64,000 bases of DNA from Tubiluchus corallicola. Taxonomy: Eukaryota; Animalia; Priapulida. Within the stretch, counting starts at the first letter, position 1; each line of letters begins with the position of its first letter. A program made the translations under genes and the position numbers. The stretch covers positions 1,240,001-1,304,000 of the forward strand of contig JAQGDQ010000018.1 in NCBI GenBank assembly GCA_030141605.1. The letters run 5' to 3'. Below, piece after piece: positions 55,099-64,000 of the stretch. The notes below the pieces were generated by a model that worked only from the letters and a program-made list of their open reading frames with translations, was not told the DNA's origin and did not search any database.

Positions 55099-55519
55099 GT
55101 AAGTTAGCTCCGTGATTAGTTTTCCGCATTGTTGTCATGTTAGCAGAGCTGAAGATTAAATATTTTCATTTGGATTAATGTGACTGAACGAGTTATTTTC
55201 CAAATCTTGTTCCATGGTAATTTTTGAGTTGCTGCTGATGTTATTTAAACAATTCGTTAGTTGTTTTGAATAAATTACTCCAGAGTTTATGGGTCTAGTA
55301 AAATTACACAGGCATAATTATTGCAGTTTAATTCTCATTTTTCACTTTTGATATTGCATTATAATTATAGGACTTTATTTAATTCCTATTATAATAGTTT
55401 ACGTTTATAACAGTTTATGACAATTTATATTTACTTCATGTTTGCTGAGTCTACTTCCCTTCATGTTTCTATCCTGCAACCCTTTTGACTGAAATAATTT
55501 ACCCTCTTATCTAAAGTTA

Positions 55520-56108
55520 ATTCCTACTGCCAGTTTTTTTCCAAATAATTTAAAAAACATCTTAGTTTTTTCAAGATAGCGACTTATTATTCCCGTAGTA
55601 CTAGATCATGTAGCACATTCGTCATACACGTCTGCGGGTGGGATCCTCTCAATTGAACTATAATCTGAACAAACACGGTTCCAAGGATGCCATTGGTAAT
55701 ATCGTCAGTCTCGGCTATTGTATTATCGGCTGTCGTTATGAAAATGTCTAGCACTATATGTTGGAGTGCGCGTTTAACGCCGTGAGCAGGGGGACGCTCG
55801 AGCGAAGTTTATTTGGCCTATATAATTCAAATTTTCTCCCATTTAATATTAATGAATTAAACATCGAAACTGAAATCCATATTTTATTACATGGTAACTT
55901 ACTTTTCAATCTTGACCAAAATAAAACTATTTTTGACACAATGCTGGAATTTATAAAAGCACCATTAGATTGCACTTGATGCACCATCACTGTTAAAATA
56001 TAGATATTTAATTATAAATGCTTCAACCTTGTATTAGAGTATGTACCAATTCCTAAGGTATGTTAATCAGTTTTGTTCTGCATACCAATAAATATGTTTA
56101 TTAAAAAA
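55520..56108 (+). mobile_element. 5'-truncated CR1/L2-group LINE (ORF2 C-terminus plus 3' UTR)
   Basis: HTRLRVGSSQLNYNLNKHG...C..GC..E..*HYMLEC......R..L...ILLHGN......NKTIFDTMLEFIK matches the CCHC-bearing ORF2 tail of CR1/L2-like LINEs. It has an in-frame stop and ends in AATAAA...aaaaaa. Confidence 0.75.
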
Positions 56109-56214
56109 CAGTTTATGATAATATAAAATACATTACTATAGTAAATAAAATGTGTACTAAGTACCACATCATTTTATTGCCTTAATTTATATTAGTCCGC
56201 TATGTCTGTTTCAG

Positions 56215-56238
56215 GCCAAATTGTTTGACATAGAAAAG
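56215..56238 (+). CDS. RIPOR: RIPOR 24-nt microexon (AKLFDIEK)
   Basis: tctgtttcag acceptor and AAG|GTAATG donor, phase 0/0. Equivalent to vertebrate G(F/V)LYDLDK. Confidence 0.85.
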
Positions 56239-56931
56239 GTAATGGAAGCATGTTCAGGTCGAACTTTGTTTACATGCATGAATGAAAGCATGTACATTTG
56301 TTGATTCATGCTCAACATTCAAGGCTGGTGTGTTAGTAAATGCAAATGCATAATTCATTGCTGTGCATGAGGGATGATTATTATAATAATTTCCCAATAA
56401 TATGTAGCTAAAATACCTACATGTGCCCGGTGATTGAATTGTGCTGCCAGAAACTAACAATTACAATTGAATTCATTATTGTTTGCATGCTTGATTCTGC
56501 AACTAGGTTATACTAATTTTCATGTTAAATTGCTCACAGGTTTATTTTTGGGCTTGTTAGACAAAGATAGTAGGAACCTACACACACAAAAGGCAGAAAG
56601 TAAGGAGTAATTGCACTAATTTAGCGACCTAATTGGAAGATATATACGTGTGGTATTGAAAGTGAAATTTTGTTGTATTTCCAATTTAGTTTGTAATGAT
56701 TGAATTAGTAAAACTATGATTATGGTTATGAATGAGAGCTCGTGTTTATTCGCATGATATAAACAAAGTTGATTACTTAACAACTCTAGTTTAAGAAATT
56801 TGACTAGTTTTGTCATTGCAAAATTTGAAGTAAAAGTAACAAATTTATTTAAACGTACTGGTCAACTTTTTGTCGATTTGCTGTCCATATTCACATCCAC
56901 AAATCTACTTCATGTCTGATATTTTTTGCAG

Positions 56932-57034
56932 TATACAAAATCAAGTGAGCGACTTATCAAGAAGTTGGAGTTTCATTTATCAAAGATCGAGGAACTAAAA
57001 GAAAACTATGTTATTCAGCAAAAATTACGTGAAG
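56932..57034 (+). CDS. RIPOR: RIPOR exon (YTKSSERLIKKLEFHLSKIEELKENYVIQQKLRE)
   Basis: ttttttgcag acceptor and G|GTAAAT donor, phase 0/1. Matches ER..R.LEFH.SKIDELYE.Y.IQ..L.DG. Confidence 0.95.
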
Positions 57035-57546
57035 GTAAATGCAGTCATGTTGTAATCATTATTAGCTATATTTTCAAGAGCAAACAATGTTGTGTAATGT
57101 CTTTATTTGTTCCTACAATACATTGTCTCCATCTGGTGCATAATTTGGGAACTATGGTAAAAAAACAAGTCCAGATCAGTGTAAGGTTATAAGTGTACAA
57201 CTTTTCAAAAGAAATTTCAGTGTGAAGCAGTAATGCCTATCAATGAAGTTTCTAAAGCAAAACTAAAATGAATGTTTAAAAAGGGAAATTAAACTTCAAG
57301 CTGCAGAAAGTGCTTTTACTTAGAATTCATTTGTTATGAAAGATTTGTACTGTACTGTAATGTGTGGTACTGAAACTTGCAATTATTATATTCACTAGTC
57401 CTGAGTAAGCAGATCATTGTATTTGTAGTAACTAAGGAGGCATCTGTTACCATTTTTTAATATAGGCCTATTAGTTTTTGCACTGTGCATTATTTTGCGG
57501 GATGGGATTTTGAGGATGCCATTTAAACGTGGTTTTTCTTTACCAG

Positions 57547-57705
57547 GTGCTAGAAATATGGCTCAGGCGTATGTCAGCTCACCACATCGGACACGTGAAC
57601 AACTAAACAATGTGAAAAGTGGGTTTAAGGAGTGTACAAATACGATGTGTGCCATTGAACATACATTAGAGCAGATGATGGGATCTCTTCATTTTCAAAT
57701 GAAAG
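57547..57705 (+). CDS. RIPOR: RIPOR exon (GARNMAQAYVSSPHRTREQLNNVKSGFKECTNTMCAIEHTLEQMMGSLHFQMK)
   Basis: ttttctttaccag acceptor and G|GTATGT donor, phase 1/1; HR1-like Rho-binding helices. Confidence 0.95.
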
Positions 57706-58009
57706 GTATGTTGTAATGAATGTTGAGGTCTCTAAAAATTCACCAAAAGTATTTTACGAATTAAGGGTGTTATGCAGCTGTAACCATGTGATATTTTTCT
57801 TTAAATATTTATAAATATTCATTTTTTTAAAGGTAATTTCTTTATATTCAAGGTATTTTTTGATGCCTTTCGATACACATTTTAAAGTTTGCATATTGCA
57901 GCTAAAAATAGGCTCAGTTAAGATTATGTAACTGTCAAGAAACTAGTTCAATGTTTGTACCGTATCTTTGATATTACATAATGTTATTTAATCAAGCTTT
58001 TTCCCATAG

Positions 58010-58179
58010 GTATCGCTGGGTTTGCTCGGTTAGTATCTGGCGATGTTTTTGAGATCACATTTCGATACGGAAACCAAAAATGGAAATCAAAAGGAAGGGT
58101 GGAGAAAACAAAGACTCAGCACTGGGACTGCGACAGAACCACTTTCAAATGTCTACTCGGTGAAATTCTCAATATAAAA
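58010..58179 (+). CDS. RIPOR: RIPOR exon (GIAGFARLVSGDVFEITFRYGNQKWKSKGRVEKTKTQHWDCDRTTFKCLLGEILNIK)
   Basis: ttcccatag acceptor and gttagt donor, phase 1/0. Signature G.AGFARL..GD..EI...YG.Q.WK..G. Confidence 0.96.
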
Positions 58180-58365
58180 GTTAGTGCACGTAGTACTTGG
58201 TATATTAATATAAGTGCAAAAAATGTAAATTGCTTGTCAGGGTTGTAGAACATGTCACTGTGAAGCCAATGAAGTTACTTAGTTTCTGTAGAGTTTTAAT
58301 GGTTATGATCTTCATTATTCACTTTATCATCTTTGAATTAACATTTTCATGTTTTGCTCATGTAG

Positions 58366-58514
58366 GCTGTTGAAGCAAAAGGACTAGGCAAATCAGTTTT
58401 GCTGGGCACAAAGAACTGTGAAACAAAGGACCTGTTTTCTGCACATCCACAAATCATGACTGTGAACCTCAACCCTAGTGGATCGCTCAAGTTGAACGTT
58501 ATAATCACATGGGA
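58366..58514 (+). CDS. RIPOR: RIPOR exon (AVEAKGLGKSVLLGTKNCETKDLFSAHPQIMTVNLNPSGSLKLNVIITW)
   Basis: tgtag acceptor and gtaggt donor, phase 0/2. Signature CETKDLF.A.PQ...V..N..G..KL....TW. Confidence 0.96.
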
Positions 58515-58574
58515 GTAGGTTCATTTTTTATTTCTGTTTTCATGGGAGTAGGTGCATTTTTTTATTTCTGTTTT
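58508..58574. repeat. 33/34-bp tandem duplication spanning the splice donor
   Basis: catgggagtaggt(t/g)catttttt(t)atttctgtttt occurs twice. Confidence 0.92.
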
Positions 58575-59084
58575 GTCATTTGTAATAATATACGTAATTA
58601 GAAGTGATCTTTCACTCCCGACTGAAGTAAAGATTAAGTCTGTAGCTGATGGTGAACTTTAAAATGAAATGTGTTTGTGATCTTTGGAAGTCTTGCTAAT
58701 TTTTCTTGAAAATAACTCAGTGAGATAATGAGTGATCCTTATTTCAAAATAACAATTTCGATTTTTTATTGAAAGTAGTTACTATGTTAACATTTTTACA
58801 GCTGCGCATTAAACTTTTGACGAGTTTTCCTCCTACAGCAATTTTGGGTGCTTGATCTAGTCATTCTTTGTTAATTTGCGTGGATGTTTTCTCCAGTTTA
58901 GTTTAAACATAAAATTGTATAAATGTGTTAAAGTTATGTTTACAAAGAATCACATAGCTGCTGTCAAACTTATCGCATACTTTTAGTGCATTTACGTATA
59001 AGCAATTTAAACAAACAATGTTTGACATTGCAGCATTTTGATTTTTTATGCATATTTCAGCATTTTATGTTAACTTGTTTTCAG

Positions 59085-59298
59085 CCCTCTAGATGGAGCA
59101 TGTATAGAAAGTCAGACTTGGACCAATGTATCAGCTGGCGGTGTACAAATGCGGACCTCGCCAAACAGAAAACGCAGGCCTGTAACGATGGCTCTACCTC
59201 CTATGTCAAATGGTGGAAGTTATGGTTGTTATAATGGAAGCTTTCCAAGGCCATTCACTTCTGTGACAGAGTTTCCGCCACTTAGAGAAAGTCGAAGT
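59085..59298 (+). CDS. RIPOR: RIPOR exon (DPLDGACIESQTW...PPLRESRS)
   Basis: ttgttttcag acceptor and gtgagt donor, phase 2/0; continues W-D-P-L-D. Confidence 0.88.
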
Positions 59299-59882
59299 GT
59301 GAGTACTCTCAATGTGAAACTTTACAGAATCATGCAAGAATACTTTACTGAATACTTTACAGGTTCAGCTGTTTCACAAAAACATGTGAAATAACTATAT
59401 CAAAATTCTTGAGTGTGGATATTGGTGTTTTATGCTTCAATTTTGTCACTTTGTTGTTCATTGTTATTCTTAGTTTTCAATATATTTATATGTTCCTTGC
59501 TTTTTAAGTTTTCGAAAATATAGATAATTTGGTACTACTGTTATGATTATTTGCAGTGCAATGATGCACAGTGTCAGATGCATGAAAATCCTTGTGTTAG
59601 AATAAAAACAAGTCACCTTTATCCTAGTGAAAAGGTGCTAATTCTCAGTGAAATACAATATCTTTTTTTTGTTTGATAAACTGACTAATCCACTAATTTT
59701 CACTTTATCAGAGGTATAGTATTCACTGACAGTTTTATCTATTCAAAGTAATTTTTAGTCATTTGGTGACCAGATCAAACATTTCTATATTTTATGTTTT
59801 TTACATTACCTTTTTTATTATTGTGACTGTAATGCAATTTGGAATTGAGATAGATCACTAATGTTCATTAATTTTTTTTCAG

Positions 59883-60131
59883 GATCATGATTCTTTATCT
59901 GACATAAGGCCCAGGTTTACTCAGGCATTGTTCTTAGACAGTGTCGCTTCTCGCTCAGCACAACGCTCAGTGATTTCGCAAGACTCTCTTATGATACCTG
60001 AGCCCGAACCTCTTCCATCTTTAGAACAAGCTGTCAACAGTTTGAGTACAGCACTCGAAGATTATCAGGGACAATATGCTGAGTTGAATAATTTAGAACA
60101 GCAAGTTGTTGCATTGCAGGAAATGTTAAAA
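59883..60131 (+). CDS. RIPOR: RIPOR exon (DHDSLSDIRPR...LSTALEDYQGQYAELNNLEQQVVALQEMLK)
   Basis: ttttttttcag acceptor and gtatgt donor, phase 0/0. Matches L..AL.DY.GQF.ELQ.LEQ.V..LE. Confidence 0.92.
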
Positions 60132-61339
60132 GTATGTTTCTGTAGTATACATGCATATTTGTCAAACTACAGAAAAAAGTATACACTTGAATTCTGTCCC
60201 AGCTTGTCACATAAGCCGACCACTTAATGCAAAATCTAACCATATGTTATTCAATTGATTTTGAGCCTTTATGATTTCTCTGACACTTGTTTGATTTGTG
60301 AGTTTCATTGGATCCATTCTGTTTTTGTAGCACTAGTAAGTAAATACAGAGCTCTCAAGTTAGGAGAGAATTGAATTGCTAAAGAGTGAGAGATTCGAGA
60401 CTGGAGGTGTCTTGGAAAATACTGCAAGTTTCAACCAGGGCTCGGAGTTTTAGAGGTTTTTTGAAAGTTTTGTGGTGTTTTTTTGGTGTTTCAAATCTTG
60501 CGTAGTTTGCCGATAAAACATGACTTTTAGGTATCTACGTAAGTTAAGTAGCAAATGTTGTTTTACATTCATTGTCTTAGAGCTTGAAATAGCTAGTAAA
60601 TAATGGGTAGTGCTCAAATATGGAAATATAATAGTGACTTACCTCTCTAGCCAAAAATATAATAACATGTTGATAAACTAATGTCCATGATGAATGCGTG
60701 ATTGACATCATGATGATCATCATATGACATCAAGCTGACTTCAGTCTGTAACCGAATTTTTGGCTTCTGCGATATTATACCATGATAACTCATTGAATTT
60801 ATCTGCTCGAATACATTCAGTCATCAAATCGTGACATCTCACTGAATTCACGTCCCGTGTTTGATTGCATTTTGATTTTTGGTTTGCCACCAATGTTTGT
60901 CAACAAAAAGTAACAATATTTAAATTATACTGCTAATTGAAAATTGTTTTACAGTAATTTTACAGAAAAGATAATTACAGTAATAATTATCACACCTGCA
61001 CCAGTAAGTATGCAAGTTAAAATTACCATATGGTTTTTGAAAAATTAAATCATTTTGAAAGAAATTTTCATTAAGACAACGTTTCACACTAAAATTCACT
61101 TCAAAATTCGAAGTAATCCCTCTGAAGTAGTTAAAAAATATTTCTTATTTTTCAATTATCAATTTTTTTTCATGATAACAGTAAGGTCTATGATTAGTTA
61201 GTTACATTTGCATGGGCATCGTGTAAGTTCAGTAACAGTAACTAATTGAAATATCTTAATATTTTATGTATCTTATTTAATTTAATTCTCTGTGTCACTG
61301 GTTTTTCTGGAAGTAATTTCATTCTTTTTTATATTTTAG

Positions 61340-61560
61340 AAAGAGATTGGTCAGAGAAGTAGGCATAGTTCTAGGTCATCCAGTATTAGCATCAGTGTTG
61401 AATCAGCTCTGGGTTGCTTTGATTTTCTGAATGATGTAGATGAGGATGGAGCAGAGAAGAATAGACGATATCAATCGGGTTCAAGTAGCAGAGAACAAAG
61501 CTTAGAGCTCAGCAGAGAGCCAAGCAGGAGTAGAGAGCCTAGTCAAGAAAGCAGTGCCAG
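61340..61560 (+). CDS. RIPOR: RIPOR exon (KEIGQRSRHSSRSSSISISVESALGCFDFLND...ESSA)
   Basis: attttag acceptor and AG|GTTGGT donor, phase 0/2. Signature RSSS.S..VESAL..FDFLN. Confidence 0.93.
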
Positions 61561-61934
61561 GTTGGTATTGTTTCTGTATAAAGGAATAATTTAGGCTCAG
61601 ATTGTAATTGGACAGCCATTCATTGCTTTTATGGTTTATCTTTTATTATTATCACACTTTCAACAGATAGTATTGTGCTCTGTAGTGTGAGGACAAACTT
61701 GTTCACTTATTAATTAATTAAAGACAGTCTTAAATCCATTGGCTTCTTAGAAACTTAATTGTCTAATTCTACTTTGATATGATGATTTTTCATTTAGCTA
61801 TTAAGTCAGAGACGCAAAAAAAATTTGTGTTGAGATGCATTAAATGTATCATGAAAATATTTTTTGCATAGTTAATCTACTTTGTTAGATTTTTTAACAT
61901 ATTTAAACTAATTAATTCTTTGTGTTTATGACAG

Positions 61935-62139
61935 TCGTTCAAGTGGAGAGCACACTAATCTTAGGAAAAATCAGGCAACTACAAAGACGATGGATTCTGG
62001 TATTGAAAGTCTCGGGAGACACCTTAGTGATGACCGAGGTTTTAGCACAGGCTCCAGTCCATTACCATCTTCCACTGGAAATGAACAAATTGACCAAGCA
62101 CTGCTACAGCATATCATGCATTGTGAAAGACTCCTAAGT
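61935..62139 (+). CDS. RIPOR: RIPOR exon (SRSSGEHTNL...MDSGIESL...STGNEQIDQALLQHIMHCERLLS)
   Basis: gacag acceptor and gtatgt donor, phase 2/0. Matches STG...LD..L..HL.HC..LL. Confidence 0.9.
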
Positions 62140-62621
62140 GTATGTCATTTGCTTTAGCCTTTGCGTTTTTCAGTCCATTAGTTATATTGGTACAGTTACA
62201 TAGAATTATTTCTAACAGTTTGTTAGTATTAAAAAAATGACAAGTGTCTAGCAGTTTTAAAATCTTAATATGTCTGGGGTTCAGGCTATAGATAAATTAG
62301 CTTGATGTCTCTTTCGAAGTGGAATTACAGTGTATTAAATGTAGTGAAGTATTTCTGATTATTGATGCTAGAAATACAATGTAATCTATAGAGAAATAGA
62401 GTCTGAGCATTAGTACTTAGACTAGCTGGGACTTATCCATCACCTTGAACTTATTTTTACTTAATTAAGTGATGTAAATAATTTGGGAATTTGAAATGCG
62501 CATTGATATACCTGCAAATATCAGTTATAAAACCTTTAAACTTTGCACATGTTTGTTGTGTTTGTCCTCCATTTAATGTCTTTAGAAGAGCAACTAATGA
62601 ACGAATTTTTGCTTTTTTAAG

Positions 62622-62754
62622 GATTTGGGAGCATTTGGTCCTCTAAAGTGTAAGGAGATTCATTCTTTACATAATTTGGAGATCCAGGCTGATGTTATTG
62701 AACATTTATTAGATTTAGCTAAATCTAATACAGATGTCACAGATTTACGAAAAG
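62622..62754 (+). CDS. RIPOR: RIPOR exon (DLGAFGPLKCKEIHSLHNLEIQADVIEHLLDLAKSNTDVTDLRK)
   Basis: gcttttttaag acceptor and G|GTATGA donor, phase 0/1. Matches LG.FGPL.C.E. Confidence 0.92.
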
Positions 62755-62981
62755 GTATGATATGAGAAGTTGTATGCATTACAATACGGATATGCTAATA
62801 TATCTTTCCATTATATATATGTATTCCATTCCATTAATAGTATGAATATTTTATATTAATATTTTTCATGGTTTGATGAAGCAATATTCATCTCATGAGG
62901 TACTGCTGAATCATGAATCTTTGTAGGATTCCTCTGTACTTTTAGTAAGCAAATTTTCACATATAGTTTTGCTTAATATAG

Positions 62982-63140
62982 TGTTACAAGGTGTGCAGTG
63001 CAGTCCAAAGTTAGTGGAATTTTGGGAACAGTGCATGGAAGGCACAACTCTGTATCAGAGCATTAACAACATTCTTGCAGCTTTGAACAAGGCTTATGGC
63101 ACCCTTATTCTTGTTAATCATGGAGATGTTGCTAGCAAAG
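62982..63140 (+). CDS. RIPOR: RIPOR exon (VLQGVQCSPKLVEFWEQCMEG...HGDVASK)
   Basis: aatatag acceptor (an alternative in-frame AG lies 15 nt upstream) and G|GTAAAG donor, phase 1/1; FW..C motif. Confidence 0.85.
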
Positions 63141-63728
63141 GTAAAGTTTTATGTTGAAGTATACTTGCAACGAGTGCCTGGTATTAATACGGCAGTGTTG
63201 GGTGGCAACATGTTACTGAGATAAGCTAGTGATGATATTTTTGTCATAACGTAGCAAGTACTGTAATGTGTAACTTTTTTAAAGCCACTTACATTACTGT
63301 GTGATTTTTATAGCAACAAGGATATTGTTTTATGCTTTATTGTTCAATATTAACACATTTTGCTTTTACAGCTGCGTTTATTGTACATATAATGAGTACA
63401 AGCTAGGATGTGATAAATTTCTGTCTGTTTTTATATAAACTTATGGGTCAACATCATGCATGCAGTTAGTCCTTTACCTGTATAAATTTAGTAATTTGAG
63501 AATCAAACCCACAATTAATTATAGACATTTTTTAATCTTCTAATAAAAACATTCTGTCGTTTTAAGGTTAAGATGCAATGTGCAAATAGAGATTTAATTT
63601 TTTTATAAAAATTTAAGTAGTGTAATGACTAGTTGTAAACCTACAAGGTGCAAAAAATTATTGTTCAGATTTGTTGTGTTGTCTCGTGTGCTCAATACTG
63701 ACTAAATTATTTTGAAATTTTGTTTTAG

Positions 63729-63881
63729 TCTTCCAGCAGCTGCTTAGTAAAATTGTAGATCTTCCTGTCTCAGCTCTTCAGCGACCTGATTGCATCATCA
63801 CTCTTCATCAATTCCTCTTTTACTTCAAGGATCGGGGCAAAAGTGATCTGGATAAAATTATTGTAGAGCATGCAACTGATT
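63729..63881 (+). CDS. RIPOR: RIPOR exon (VFQQLLSKIVDLP...IITLHQFLFYFKD...IVEHATD); gene continues past the window
   Basis: tgttttag acceptor and gtaagt donor, phase 1/1. Matches V...L...I.D...(I/V)T..QF..YF. Confidence 0.9.
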
Positions 63882-64000
63882 GTAAGTGTCTGTCTCTGAC
63901 TTTTCATTAATTAGTAGTAACATTGCAAATGTGATGCTAGCTAGTTTTTTTTGTCTTACACCTCTATCTTGCAAATTTGCAGGTACTGAGCTTTAAGATA

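Noticed and set aside
61922-62137. Supplied 71-aa ORF overlapping a RIPOR exon (likewise 58986-59234 and 5810-6001)
   Set aside because: Wrong-frame overlaps of real exons; the splice-phase-consistent frame carries the family motifs.
63193-63310. CAGTGTTGGG...gtaac-rich hAT-like left end
   Set aside because: No matching right TIR or TSD found.

Overview
AT-rich, intron-containing animal genomic DNA. It is probably an invertebrate bilaterian, but the species cannot be told from this window. Almost none of the supplied ORFs are genes as drawn. Two spliced + strand genes could be reconstructed by hand. (1) The last three coding exons (5717-7511) of a JmjC/cupin-fold Fe(II) dioxygenase-like protein with an HxD...H triad; its 5' exons were not found. 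(2) A RIPOR/FAM65 family gene (Rho-interacting cell polarization regulator). Its shared coding exons run from 45781 to beyond the window end, with consistent GT-AG phases. The ~35 kb upstream of the shared exons holds an array of candidate alternative first coding exons that splice in frame onto the common body and give different N-termini (a Fyn-like MGCxxC acylation motif, an RVxF PP1-docking motif, and a 113-aa acidic extension), interspersed with CTCF-like motifs. One intron holds a candidate microexon cluster (9, 11, 13 and 24 nt) in which the 11 and 13 nt exons keep frame only together. Repeats include a hAT MITE with an 8-bp TSD, a decayed Academ-like XPG-nuclease ORF, foldback-type MITEs, a CR1/L2-type LINE 3' end, a tRNA-derived relic, and several tandem repeats. 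All family assignments come from motif recognition, not database searches.
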